NCBI GenBank assembly: GCA_964016885.1
Contig: OZ024740.1
Coordinates: 341,372,001-341,436,000 of the forward strand
Source: Eledone cirrhosa
Lineage: Eukaryota
Direction of reading: 5' to 3'
Length of the DNA: 64,000 nt
A program made the translations under genes and the position numbers. Shown in pieces: positions 31,717-44,537 of this stretch (position 1 is the stretch's first letter; every line of letters begins with the position of its first letter). A model generated the notes under the pieces. That model did not search any database and was not told the DNA's origin. It was given only the letters and a program-made list of their open reading frames with translations.

Positions 31717-31903
31717 CGGTGGATTGGCAGTATCGGTAGAGGGTCGGACGCCATGTTTTCCAGCATAGTTACGTCCCTTTACGATCTGAGTTCAAATCCC
31801 GCCGAGGTTGACTTTGCCTTTCATCCTTACGGGGTCTATAAAATAAAGTACCAGTAATGCACTGGGTAATTGCTGTCCTTGTGCCTAAAGTAGAAACAAT
31901 TAT
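31717..31903 (+). mobile_element. Full-length Nin/Deu-domain tRNA SINE
   Basis: A box-like TGGCAGTATCGG, B box GAGTTCAAATCCC, Nin-like core, AAACAATTAT tail. Confidence 0.88.
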
Positions 31904-32389
31904 TGAAATACCCGATTAAACAAGACTGCTCTCTTGACGGAGTTAGCTACCCGCAAGAGCTAGCTTCGCGAATTGGGGTGGCCATTGCAGCGCATCTTCC
32001 TCGCCATTCTCCTACATTCTGTCCGCTAAATATTCTTATAGAGATGAATAAAAGTCATAACGGTGAAGAACCAACGCTGAAGTTGACCAACTCTCAAGCG
32101 CGAAAGGAAAATCCCCAATAGGTACTGGTCGCTAGATATTGTCCGTTCATACACCTGGAGACAGAAGATTAAAAAACGCCTGCAAAATATGCTCAAAGAA
32201 CGAAAGCGCAATAGAGAATTTGACATATTTGTTAGCAATGGAAAGATTGTCAAAGTGTGTGACTAATTTAAACTGGAATCAATTTAATCTAATCTAATAA
32301 ATAAAATGAAAAAAAAAAGGGGGGGGGGTGTTACACAAAATACATGAGTTGGCTCCCCTAGGCATATATATCACTTTCATCGGCATAAT

Positions 32390-32540
32390 ATAATTGTTTC
32401 TACTTTTGGCACAAGGTCAGGAATAAACCAGTGTATTACTGGTACTTTATTTCATCCAGGATTTTAACTCAGACCATAAAGGGCTGTAACTCTTTACTGC
32501 AAAGCAAGGCGTCCGACTCTCTACCGGCTCTGCCAATCCA
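32390..32540 (-). mobile_element. Internally deleted SINE of the same family
   Basis: TAATTGTTTCTACTTTTGGCACAAGG...CTCTACCGGCTCTGCCAATCCAC. Confidence 0.75.
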
Positions 32541-32954
32541 CAATATAATGCAGTAAAGGCTATTTTGCTGAAAAGGTAAATTGAAAGTAAGAAAAAAAAA
32601 AAAATTCCACACACGGACATATGCAGTAGACAAGTTTTCTTAAGAAAATTAGAAAGCGTTTTAAATACAAAAACACATTGGAAAGCGCTGGAAGCAACTC
32701 AATCATTAATTTTGGTGTTTCTTTTTACTAACTTTTAATGTGACCAATAGGTAATATAATTTCTACACTTGAAACATTGTTACATTCTGATATAACTCTC
32801 GCATCGTCTTGGAGAACAACCAACGACACCCACTGTATGAACTTCTCCACGTCGCGGTGTCCTCTTCCTCAGGTGGGATGCATTCCTTTTCTTTTCCAGC
32901 ATTCTTTTAATTCATTGCGATGATAATTTTAATCGTATGATACTGAAGGTTAGG

Positions 32955-33333
32955 GCCGCTCTCCGGCGAACAACTGGTTCGCTTCTTCAAATATCATTTT
33001 AGAAGAAGAATCAGAGTGGAGAGAGAGGTGCTGCACCCCAGCAAATTTTACGAAAAGTGGGTAAATGTAGCAAGGTTGGGCGTTCTCTTTATATAAGCCT
33101 GTAGGTCGAGGAAGAAGAAGAGAGAAGAGGAGTGCTCGCTCTTCGTGCTCCTGGAGATGAGGGTTGTACATGTTTTTTTCGGGGTGTGTGTAACCCATTT
33201 GTAACGCCTCCCCCCTATTAGGGATTTGGTTTTTTTATTGATCATTTTTGTTATACATTTTTACATGCCTTGTATGTAAACTCCCCAATTGTATTTGTCC
33301 CCATCTTTTGTGTCCTTGTGGCAAATAAAGAAA
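32955..33333 (+). mobile_element. 3' end of an L1/Tx1-like LINE
   Basis: Peptide PLSGEQLVRFFKYHFRRRIRVEREVLHPSKFYEKWVNVA resembles Tx1/L1 ORF2 C-termini; T-rich 3' UTR ending AATAAAGAAA. Confidence 0.55.
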
Positions 33334-34895
33334 TATATATATTTTACTGTAGTTGGGTGAAAGATTGAAGTATGGTGGTGGTGAGATAACTGAATGCCTT
33401 GTGGATTGGAGCAGTTATTTTTCTTTTTGTAAGTTTAGGAACTGAAGCAATAATTTTTGGGGAAACCAGTCAGGATTGATCTTTCTACTTTCTTCCGAAT
33501 AAGAAACCTTCCTTTTCTGCAACTGGGTCTTTATTATCATACTTTTGGTAATTGTGTCAACAAATTCCATTATTAGTGATATTGATCTAAGTTCAAAACT
33601 CACTGGGGTCAGCATTGCATTTCCTCCTGCCGTAGTCGATAGACTAAAGTACCAGTCACACACTGGGTCGATTTAATCGACTTTCCCCTCCCCCAAAATT
33701 GCTGGCCTTGTGCCAAAAGTAGAGACAATTATTAGTGTTATTGATAAATATTTAAATTCCTCATTACCAATATATTTGAAAGATTTTAATTATCTTTCGC
33801 TTAAATGGGACAAGTCTACATTTAGCCATACAACTATTGATAAATTTACAATTGAATAACATTACAAATATGTTTTAAATATATTCATAAATAACATTAC
33901 AAATGCGTAAATAACATAAATTGCTCGCAATTCGTTCAGAACATTACAAATATAATGTCTAAACCGTGTATAAAAATATAATATAATTCGTTGAACAATA
34001 ATGATAAAGAAAAAAAAAGGGTGGGGGGATTCACTATGAAGTGTGATAATCGGCCGCACTTCACATCCTAGGGGTTTAACTACACACTTTGAGGCAAGCG
34101 AACAAGCTCACTGCATTTACCACGGGCGCTCAAATAACCAGGCACCCTAGCGTTATTGATTTTGGTAAATGCCCAGGCGTCGGTTTTGTGGAGACTATTA
34201 AAAAAAAAAGTTTTTTTCATTTTATAGAATTTGTTCCTTTATGTAACTTTCTCCGTACGTACCGCAAAGTTTGGTTTTTCACTACACAAAAATCACGAAG
34301 GAAATAGCAAGGGTTCCACAATTGATATAAGAAGTATCACCTTTGTGTTTCTAAGAATGAAAAGTTGTCGCGTGCTGCTTCTTAAACTAGATGATTAAAA
34401 ATCGGGATATTTTAAATTCTAAATCAGATAAAAAAGAAAAAGTCAAGGAATATTAAATATATCTTTATTGTTGTATAATATTGCCAGAATTAATAACAGA
34501 ACACACTTACTGTTTGGTTAGTTTTCGCTTCTGTATCTTTTATATCAGTTAATTCATTCAGTCCTCAATGTTTACCATTGACTGACCAACGGTCAAAAAT
34601 ACAGATATAATATAGTCTAACAAAGTTCTTTCGTTGCACATCTGCAACAAGCGAAAACCAACCAAACAGTGAGTGTGTTCTGTTATTAATTCTGGCAATA
34701 TTATTTCAACAATATGACCCTCCCAAGTATAACAATATTTGTTTCGACACACGATTTCATATCAAAAACCTCGCAAAACAAATATATCTTTTATATAACT
34801 ATCAACTTAATAACTGACGTAAAACCAAATCTATATAATAAAAAATATAACTACCACATAGTAACTACAACAAAAACAATTAAATGCATATCACT

Positions 34896-35222
34896 TCCGT
34901 GTTACCTCTATTATAAGGCAGGTCTTATATTATTTTTCCCTTAAAAAAAAAAGGCACTAGGTCTTATTTTCAGGCTTATATATTTTTATACAAAAATAAC
35001 AACGCAAGAGTTTTGATAAAAGTATCATTATATTATAAAGTTAAAAAATAAAGAATTTATTATATTAGTAATCAACAAGACTCTTGAAATCTGCGTTTTA
35101 TATCATTTTGTATATTAATTCTCTCGCAAAAATGCGCCTGTGCTTATTTTTGGACTTTATAGGACAGCAACATAAAAATCATGCTCTGGATTATTTTTAG
35201 AGCAAAATAAGGGAAACACGGA
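34896..35222. mobile_element. Degenerate Tc2/pogo-like MITE
   Basis: Left TCCGTGTT...GGTCTTATATT...GCACTAGGTCTTATTTTC and right GGGAAACACGGA form imperfect terminal inverted repeats. Confidence 0.5.
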
Positions 35223-35689
35223 AATAGCAAATCCAACTCTATATCGAATGTAGTTAAGTTGTAAAAACAATGTAGGTCAACTAATAAAAAATGTTTGTAA
35301 TGATAAATAATTGACGATGTTTTATGTAAAGGACAATATTTTAAAAATCTGTTTATGTATATTTTTTAAAGTGTACGATGGCAAAGACATTAAAACTTTC
35401 TGTTAATATTGAGTAATTTTGTATGATTTATTAGAAAAGGAAATATCGCAATATGCATGTATATCACTTTATCTGCAAGAATTTTGAATATATACATTTA
35501 AAATGATTTATTAGTAAAAGAAAATGTTCAAAATTATATTATGTTTGATTATAATTAAAGAAAGTATGAAGGATCAGCTGGAGACGGTTACTTCTGTCAG
35601 GACGCACTTTCCCCTCCACAACCCTCTCAGGAATAAGTGGACTAAGAAGGAAATTTATTGTAATTACTTAAAATAGATATAAGTCGAAA

Positions 35690-35940
35690 ATATTGCCGTC
35701 GTCTTAAAACGAAAGATCGCCGATATATCTAATCGAAATTAAAAACTATCGTGTAGTGTAGCGCTAGAAAAGTTACTGAATCAATAATTCATAAAGTGTC
35801 ACTGTACGCGTGTAGTCAAATGGTAAACATTTCTGAAATATCGGTGACTTACATCTTTCAGTCTGTTACGTTGGGGACGTTCACTGACGAACTGGGTTGA
35901 CAACGAACTTTCTATGCCTTAGCCACTGGCAATGTCACGA
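35690..35940 (+). promoter_or_regulatory. CpG-enriched segment, candidate promoter or non-coding first exon of the RNF31-like gene
   Basis: Local CpG enrichment ~1.3 kb upstream of the ATG exon, which has a splice acceptor and so needs an upstream exon. Candidate donor TG|GTAAAC at 35822/35823. Confidence 0.35.
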
Positions 35941-36099
35941 ATGTTTTATCTTGATTCAATATTCCTTGTTGTAGTATGTAATTGAATGTTTTTGTCTTTC
36001 CTTTCTTCGTTGAATAATTTCCATCGATTTCTTTCTTTTTATATAAAGTTTTGATGGAAAGTTCTAAATATAATTTTTTAGAAGCAAATTTCTTTATGT

Positions 36100-36800
36100 A
36101 AGATCAGGAAGGTCGTGGGGCAAAGTCCTCAAACACGCCTTTCGGCGAGTCCTGTCGTAAGCAAGACCAACTGAGCTCATGAATGTTATCCAACCATCTT
36201 GTTTGGTGTCTCCCAACAGTTGTTTTTTTCTTTAAAAATTTGTCCAGCAATTATTTCCTGAGACATTCTGACGTGATGTCCATAGTATTGGAGCTATGAT
36301 CTCTCAATTTAGAGAAGTAGCGGCTCTATCTAGATTGACTCTCTGAGCTACACATTCTATCGAGTAACATTACTCTAAGGACCCTTCAGTGGAACATTAT
36401 TTTGGCTGCTTGTAATCATAATCATTCTTTTGGTCATTACCCAAGATTCATCATGACCATAGGAAAGGGTTCGTATGAATACCAAATTTAAGGTAGCGAG
36501 TTTGGCTTTTACACCTACCTCCCTTTTGATGACGGAATGCAGAAGCTGATGCATTACTGCACCAGCTCCCGCAATTCTTGCACTTAATTCAGCCTTCTGC
36601 CTTCCATCACTCATGAAAATAGCTCTGATATACTTAAACTTCTTCATAGGTCATCCTTGACAGGATGAGTGTCTGTCTTTGTAGCACTGATTTCCATTCC
36701 TGCTGTGCAGCACTCGGTAGAAAACCTATTGGAGATCATTTCCTGATGAGTTAAGTAGTACCATGTCACCTGCAAATACCAGTCGACTGATCTTTCACCT
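36100..36800 (-). mobile_element. Expander/Rex3-like RTE fragment
   Basis: ORF 36375-36647: KFKYIRAIFMSDGRQKAELSARIAGAGAVMHQL...KAKL...TLSYGHDESWVMT. Confidence 0.8.
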
Positions 36801-37187
36801 GCCTTTCTTGATACCATGAATGATAAAGCACAAATGAGCTGGAAAAAAACAAACAGTATACAACGATGTTTATATAGGTTGTAAACTTGATTTAACCATT
36901 TTTCCTATCAGTATAAAGTTGGTAGATTGACAGAATTGATAGAGCAGCAGATAAAATACTTTGTGGCATTTAATTACATTCCTTTACATTCTGAGATAGA
37001 TTTTCTTTCTCTTTCATCCTTCCAAGGTCAATAAAATAAGTACTGGGCTGGTTATGATTAACTATATCCCCTACCTCACTCCCCGAAAATTAAGGCCTTG
37101 TGCCTATCTTATCAATCTAGTCATCATTTTACATCAGCTAATGATTTTCTTTTAATATTTCAGTGTTTTAAATAAAGAAAGAAGAGT

Positions 37188-37198
37188 ATGGAAACTAA
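37188..37198 (+). CDS. RNF31: RNF31/HOIP-like gene, coding exon 1 (exon 37164-37198; M-E-T-, phase 2)
   Basis: Acceptor TTTCAG| at 37163, ATG at 37188, donor AA|GTAAGT. Phase 2 matches the next exon. Confidence 0.6.
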
Positions 37199-38077
37199 GT
37201 AAGTTTTGTGTTCTTTATTGTTGTAATTATCTTGTTTATTCTCATTTACAATGTTAAGTATGGGGCCTTAACCCATTAGCATTTGCTATAATATTTTCAT
37301 TGTAAACACTTTATCCTCAATTGCATGAAATCGCATTTGCATGGCATTCTTGAAAAGTACATCCAGTAGTAAAAAAACTATGATATTCATGGCAATAAGG
37401 AAACAAAAAAAAGAGTAAGAAAGAAAATAAGGGGGAATTAACCCTTTAGCATTTACATTACTCTATATATATTATTATATTTTCATGGGTATGAGTGTCC
37501 AATAGAAAGAGGTGAGAGAATTCTGGTCGGATACGGCTGGGTTAAATGCTAAAGGGTTAAGTAACGAAAGAAAGAGGAGGAGGGTGTGATAGGCTCTACA
37601 CCCAAAGGATAAAATGGCAAAGGTATTGTGGAGAATGGCTAGCAACAACCACTCCACCTCACAGAGCTCCTTACTCAGGTGGGCTGCTGTGTTTTTGATT
37701 TTACAAAGGAAAGGGGGACCAAGGACACTTGAGGTCTTGACAGCAACCTGTATGAAAAGGAAGCAGTCAACCAAACCCTGGTATTTGGCTATCTCCCACT
37801 CCTCTCTGTTGTGGGTGTGTGGGTGGCAGTGTTTAAGTTGCGGCTGACAATGAGTCACAACACATAGTGTCCCAGATTAGGGGTTTACCTCCCTCAAATG
37901 GGAAGAAGGTTATTAAATGAATAAAATATTCCATTTTGGTAGTTTAGGTCATTTGTGAAATTTAATTAGGTACTGCATATATTCTTTTTGTGTGTATTTA
38001 TGTAAAAATAAATAAATTATATATACCTGTTATTTTTTTTCATTTCCATCACTGCCCGTCTCTTATTTCTCATTCTA

Positions 38078-38113
38078 TTTTCTGATGAAGGACTAGCGTC
38101 CGAAATGTTAAGA
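38078..38113 (+). ncRNA. Minimal type I hammerhead motif (Penelope-like repeat), intronic, sense
   Basis: TTTT-CTGATGA-A-GGAC-TAGC-GTCC-GAAA-TG-TT-AAGA; downstream flank homologous to that of the 42205 copy. Confidence 0.6.
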
Positions 38114-38209
38114 CTCTTTTCCTACTATCTCAAGTGTAAAACTAATATATTTCTTTATTGTAATGTGTTGTTTGCTTTTTTGTTTCTGTTTAATTTCCCT
38201 CTCTCTCTC

Positions 38210-39425
38210 ATCATCGTTTTTACATACTCTTTTCCATGCTTGCATGGGTTGGACGGGTCCTCAGCATGGCCTCTCTCCACTTGTCACATTCCTTCGTCAT
38301 CTCCTCTGCCAGTCTTAGCGATTTGAGGTCTGCTCTCACAACCTTTGCTCAGGTCTTTCTTGGTCACCCTCTATTGTGGCTTCCTTCCACTGGGATTTCT
38401 TGGCATTTCTTCCCCCATTGGTCATTGTCCATGTGCATCACATGTCAATACCAACACAGTCTTCTTTTCTGCACACCTTAAACCCAGCTTCTCCCTCAGC
38501 TTTACCAAGTTCTGCCTTTCTCTCACATTTACATTGCACATCCAACAAAACATAGTTGCTTCATTTTTCTCCTGTCTATGCATGTCCTCAGTAGTCACAG
38601 TCCATATTTCACTACCATGCAACATCGCGTTTATTTTTGGCTAGGAACTTCTTTTGTAGTTGCCTCACTAAGAGGGCATCTGTAATACTTTCCCCAGGCA
38701 TTAAACCAAACTGCATCTCATCTATTTTTACTCTTTCTCTAATTAGTTGTGCTATAACCCTTTCTGTCACTTTCATAACTTGGTCCATTAGTTTTATTCC
38801 TCTGTAGTTGCTTCTTTCTAGAGCATCATTTTTGCCCATGTAGTAATTTATGATAGTACTGTAGCACCAGTCATTGGGTCTTTGTCATGTATTACTTAAT
38901 TTACTATATGGGTTACTATTTTGACTCCTACTTCTGATGCTTTTAGCATCTCAGCAACAATTTTTGATGGTCTTTCAGCTTTACCATTCTTGATTGCATC
39001 TTTGGCCCTAAAATTATCAACTTCAATAGCTGGTCCTTCCTTTGGGTAAGTTGGGGGTGATTTTTCTGATCCTCATGCCTGAAGACATTGACAAATTTAC
39101 TTTCTTCAGCCTCTCTCCTAGCTGTGTATACATGTTGCCTAGCTTATTTCTTAGCTACTTGGTACTGGTCTATGCTACCCCCATTTTCCCAGTTTTTCCA
39201 TGGCTGCCTCTGCTGTGCTGTTCCACCACCAAGTCACCCTCTGTCTGGCTGGTGCTTTATTCCTGCTGCAAGTCTCACAAGTAGTTGGCAAAAGGTTGTC
39301 TCATAAGAATTTCCATTTGTCATGTTATATGTAGCTAGCTCATCATCCCTCTCATCAAGTGCATCCTGTAAGGCCTTTCTAAATCTATATTTAACTGAGA
39401 GGTCCTTTGGCTTCCACACATTCCA
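38210..39425 (-). mobile_element. Old RTE LINE with internal deletions, intronic
   Basis: Minus-strand peptides [39 protein letters not shown] and MLHGSEIWT; tail with CCATGCTTGCATGG. Confidence 0.85.
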
Positions 39426-40695
39426 GTAGAGTTTATATCTCAGTTGTTTTACTTTTTCAGTTAGAGTTCTATGTAACTGAAAGGTAAAGTGGTTGTGCGA
39501 TTGCTTGATGTCGGTTGAGGGGTTCTTGCACATGGCTACTCTAGCCACCCCCACTACTGTGTGCAGAACTAACATAACTAGTGTTAGCCCTGTGCTCGCA
39601 GCTCTGAGGGGTTGCATGTGTGTGGAGGGGGAACAGTTACCTGATGGTTAATTTGGTAGCTGGTGTTTTGTCATGTTTCTTAAGGTGGTGTTGAGCAATT
39701 GTTTAATAGTGGCTAACAAGGAATAGAGTTGAAAACTGCTGATGTCAATGGTAGTTAGATTGGTATGTGTGGAAAATTATTGAAGTCATCATGTATTTTC
39801 TGTGTTGGGTTATTGAGTAGAGTGGTCTGGATCTGTACTGTGGTTTGGAGAGGATTATATTTGGGTTTGTGATGTCAAGAATTAGCCTTTCTAGAGTTTA
39901 GGAAGTGGATGTGTCTGTATGATGTTACTTAAGAATTGGTATGTTTTTGCCCAGATTCTGCAAATTTTAGTGTTGGTACAAGTAATTGTATATATTTGTG
40001 ACTGCTCTAATTTCTTTGAGTCCTAAGTATTTTGGTCTTGGGGCTTTTAATTTTTTAGATTTCCCTGTTACTTTTTGGAAGTTTAATGGAGCGAAGGAGT
40101 CAAAATTGTGTTCTAGGCAGATGGAATATACATATTTTTTTGTTTTCTGTTCATGTCTTTTTTTCTTTGGTTTTGGGTGACTGATTTTCAAGAAATGCCT
40201 TTTATAGGAATTTTAAAGTCAATGTCATGCACAATCAGGCTTCTTTCATTCATAAACAATATTTTCACTTATGAACAATGATTGTATCTATATATGAATT
40301 TGAGTGACTTCCGTCCATCCATCACACAATGTGTGTGTATGTGTGAATGTATGCCTGTGAGTGTGTATTTTTGTAAGTGTGTCTGTGTTTGCACGTTTAC
40401 AATAATATACTCATACACATGTTAGCATGTTGAAAAGAATTCTAGTGTAGAAAACCCCATCATTCTTGGGGCATTCAAGCTGTCACCATTTCATCTCATA
40501 TTTGGGTTTGATTTATTTGGCATTGTGTTCTTGATCATGATGCTTCATTTCATCTTGCTTTTTATGATGGGACTGGTGTCTTTATCATTAAAATACTTGA
40601 GAAATCTCTTATAGGATGTAACCTCATAAGGAGCTAACTAAACCTGCATAAATATGAGCTGTAGATTTTCTTTTCTTTTTCATTTCATATTGTAG

Positions 40696-40900
40696 GTGCC
40701 CAAGCCAAGAGGAAGGCCAAACAATTGATTCTAAGACTATGATGGCAGTATACAGAAAAAACATGACAACAATGATTTCAAATGGTTGGAGTATAACACA
40801 GTTACACCAAATTACTATCCCAATCATGCATGTTTGTTGTGTGTTAAGTTCAAAGTTTGAAAAACTGGATTTGTCTGGTCTCATCATTAAAAACGGAGAA
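40696..40900 (+). CDS. RNF31: RNF31/HOIP-like coding exon 2 (start of PUB region)
   Basis: TGTAG| acceptor and |GTGAGT donor; 205 nt, phase 2 to 0, open. LSSKFEKLDLSGLIIKNGE resembles HOIP LAARYLQLDAARLVRCNAH as recalled. Confidence 0.8.
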
Positions 40901-41464
40901 GTGAGTAACTAGATCACTTCTATTTTGTTTTGTAACCCATCCATTATTTTGTGTGTGTTTTTGTTGCATAAGCTGAAAAGCTGAAGAACTATTACATTTA
41001 TGATGAGCTTTTATATAAACTTTTTACTTTATACAGCAGTAAAATTTTTCTATAAAATAATCAAGAACCCACATGTTTCAAGATAGCTTGTATTTTATGG
41101 TCTTGTATAGGAAAATAACTGTCAACAGAATATTTTGAAAGGCTATGAGATTCTGAAGAGCTATGGTGCTGGATTAATTAGACACTTTTGGCTTGATAGA
41201 ATGGACATAACATAGTGGAGAGAACTCTTTTTGCCATGTGTTAGTGCCATGATTAAATGCACCCAGTACACCCAGTAAAGTAGTTCACATCACAACCTCT
41301 CTAATGCTAGTGCCATGACAAAATGTATCAAGTACATTCAGTAAAGTGTTTGGTTTTTAGGAAAAGCATGCATTTGCAGAAACCTGCCAAACATTGGAAT
41401 GTATGAGCAGGACAGTCTTCTAACCTGTCTAGTGTATGTGTGTATATATATATTTATATATTTA

Positions 41465-41515
<51 letters not shown>

Positions 41516-42204
41516 GAAGAAATAACACAAACACAAGGATGAAAAAAAACAGTCTTATTAAGGTCCTGCTTAGGAGGAAGTCAAGTGGGGTGCAGCAGTG
41601 GCTGAGGAAATCGAGATGGCTGGAATGCTGGGTTGAGTTTAGCAGGAGAAAGAAGAGGGGTGAGGAAGAGTTTAAGGCGGTGGTGGAGGAAGATTTTTTT
41701 GTTTAGGCATGGTGGGCAAGGAGACATGAGGAAGGTGACAGAGGAGAAGCACTTTGTAGGGAGGGAAAGAAAGGATGGAAAAAAGCAAAGAAATTTTGTT
41801 ACAAACATTAGAGAAGAAAAAGTGATAGAGGAGGGTTGTGGAAGATATAGCAGTTCAAAAGTCTGGCAATCAGATGGCTGGTTAATCCAAGGTAATCCAT
41901 GTATGAAGAGTTCACAAACTCTGGGTAATAATCCATGTTTAAACGGCAGGTGGGCCACGTAAGCGTTGAAAAATAGTTGAAGTAATAATACAAACACAGG
42001 GATACAAAAACACAAATTCTTATTAGGATCATGTTTATGAAGAAGAAGAGAGAGTTCAGCAATGGCCAATGAGATTGACATGTCTGGAATGGTATACAGT
42101 TTTCCATGAGATGGCAACATGAATGGACCTGTTATTTTTCTCTAAAAACATTTTTTCCGATTCCGCCCTGCCTGTCCCTTCAATCTTTCTAATATCTCAT
42201 TATT

Positions 42205-42240
42205 TCTTCTGATGAAGGACTAGCGTCCGAAACGTTCAGA
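42205..42240 (+). ncRNA. Minimal type I hammerhead motif (Penelope-like repeat), intronic, sense
   Basis: TCTT-CTGATGA-A-GGAC-TAGC-GTCC-GAAA-CG-TT-CAGA; palindromic AACGTT at helix III. Confidence 0.6.
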
Positions 42241-42628
42241 CCCTCTTCCTGCTATTTCAAGCGTTAAACTAATATATTCCTTCCATATACTGTACTGATT
42301 TGTTGTTTTTTCTGTTTACCTTTTACATACATATTTATGTGTATATATTATATATAATATATTTATATATAGCAGCAGAGGAGGGTGTGCTGAGAGTATA
42401 ATAGCTAGAATAAAGATAGGATTGAAAAAGTTCAGAGAGCTACTCCCACTGTACACCACAAAAAACTAAGTTTTAAGTTGTGAAAAATACAAATTGAAAT
42501 TTGTATAAAAGTTCATATATATCCTGAAAGCATTTTAGATTTTGGTTGTTGCCACTAATGAGAAATAACACAGATAATTACTCAGAATTCCATTTAATAT
42601 ATATATATATATATATATTCTTTTCTAG

Positions 42629-42760
42629 AGTAATTTAAATCTGATCCAGGAATTCCTGATTTACCTCCAAAATGTCTGCAATGATTTGCTCAAACCAACT
42701 GCTGGCACCAAGCCAGCAACAATTCCTAAAATGCATTATGAAAATCTGAAAAGGTTGAAA
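42629..42760 (+). CDS. RNF31: RNF31/HOIP-like coding exon 3 (PUB domain)
   Basis: TTTTCTAG| and |GTAAGT; 132 nt, phase 0-0: SNLNLIQEFLIYLQNVCNDLLKPTAGTKPATIPKMHYENLKRLK. Confidence 0.8.
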
Positions 42761-43169
42761 GTAAGTAGTCACAATCATTTTTTTTCTAATCTGGGTAGTC
42801 TTGATATGAGCTCACTGGGAAGTTGCCCTGGTATAAATCATATTTACAGGCTCCATGCTAATCAATGTATGCTGTTGTGCATGTAGGGGCCCCAGTGCAG
42901 TGAATTGCGTAGGAGGCTACTAGGTTTAGGAGTCCAATACTAATGCATGTATATTTTTGTTATGTATATAGAGGCTCCAGTTAATTACTTTTCACAGGAG
43001 CCTATAATGCTGTTGTGATGGCACTGTTTCTAATAAGATTTCTGTTTCAATATTCTTATAGTAGTATGAAAGGAGGCATAACCTGGTACCACTCTCTGAG
43101 AAGGACCCCGAAACCATGTGACTGCAAAGTATACTTCTTAATCACATAGCTATGCCTGCGCTTCACTTT

Positions 43170-43475
43170 AATCATCATCATCTTCACTGTTTAACAATTA
43201 TTTTCCATGCTTGCATGGGTTAGACGGACAATCATTTTATGCAGGTCAGGTGGCCGCATCTTACTCATAGGATCCATTTTGGGTTTGGTTTTCTTCAACT
43301 AGATGCCCTTCTTAATGCCAAACACATTCCAGTGTGTACTGGGGGCTTTTTGGTGGTACCAACACTACCACTTTACATGGTGGATTGGGTGCTTTTATGT
43401 CATGACATCAGCACAACCAACTCCCTTACAGGCTGGACTGGGTGCTTTTTGCCATGGCACAAGCACCACTCCTGA
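43170..43475 (-). mobile_element. RTE-type 3' UTR remnant
   Basis: CATCATC...CCATGCTTGCATGGGTTAGACGG...GATGCCCTTCTTAATGCCA. Confidence 0.7.
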
Positions 43476-44236
43476 ATAGTAGTTATCATCTTACATGCAT
43501 TTCTACAATACCAGAGCATCGAAACTTTGTTGAGGAAACCCCAACTATATGTAGCTGGTAGCATCTGGCCTCCTGTAAGTGTTGAAACATTTCAGTTACC
43601 AATTATCAAGGTTTGCTCCCTTCTAGACCCTCTTTGGGGTCTTGAGATACGTAACCTTTGTGCATCAATCCCACACTTCCCATGATAGGCTGCAGACCCA
43701 CCGCTAGTTCTTGCAGTATTGAATGGAAACTACAATATAGTTTTCAAACATGCTCCTCTCCTTGTTATCCCACTCGAAGGATGATGCTGTATGACTACTT
43801 TTATTGTGTCAAGCCATATTGCAGTGTTTTGGTGGTCTTATTTGCGCCAGTCACCAATTTTTCTACTTTTGTTAAACCCACCAAGACTAGACTTTTTTAG
43901 AGGCTGCCTTTACTTAGCTCATAACTACTTCTCTGGGTTGTGAGAGTTTTCTTTGTAGCTAATAGTGTTACCCATTACTCCATTTCCCCTAGTAGTTTAC
44001 TGCTGTTGAAGCGGGTTTGTTTATTCGTTCAGCAGGAGCTTGCTTATATCACAACTAACCATCATATCTGGTGGCCATATCACTATCCGCTTCTTGCAAC
44101 CTGTTCCCTAGCAGAACAGTTCTCCCGATATTTTTTGCTAAATTATTACACGTTGTTAAGAGTTAATTGTGTATCTATTAATTCCTATCTATTTATTTCA
44201 CTTTATATATTCTAAGTAAATCTTCTTTTGTTTTAG

Positions 44237-44422
44237 GGTGCTGATCATATTCTAAAGAAGATAGGATTTTCTCCTGATTCTTCCAATGGGGTTAAAATAT
44301 CACGAACTGTACTTGCAGACAATACAGCACTGATTCCATGGATTGTAGATATTGTTATTGCATACAATGAACTTAAATTTTATATGATGGACAAACATCC
44401 ATATCCTAATTATATAAAAACA
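44237..44422 (+). CDS. RNF31: RNF31/HOIP-like coding exon 4 (PUB domain C-terminal half)
   Basis: TTTTAG| and |GTAAGT; 186 nt, phase 0-0. GADHILKKIGF...ELKFYMMDKHPYP parallels HOIP GGRDVLRLYGY...ELSLLLQNTHP. Confidence 0.88.
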
Positions 44423-44537
44423 GTAAGTGATAACTTGACTGTTTATTGAATATTTAATGATGGAAAATGGTTTATTCTTTTCAGCTTGAATTTATGAAAT
44501 TATTAGAGTTACTATATCTCTGAATAAATCATTATTT

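Noticed and set aside
31717-31810. tRNA-like heads here and at 51667 and 61540
   Set aside because: A/B boxes are present but there is no complete cloverleaf, and they run into SINE cores; these are SINE promoters, not tRNA genes.
41581-42120. 179-aa minus-strand ORF as a possible Penelope GIY-YIG remnant
   Set aside because: No convincing motif, and it is on the opposite strand to the adjacent hammerhead; left unassigned.
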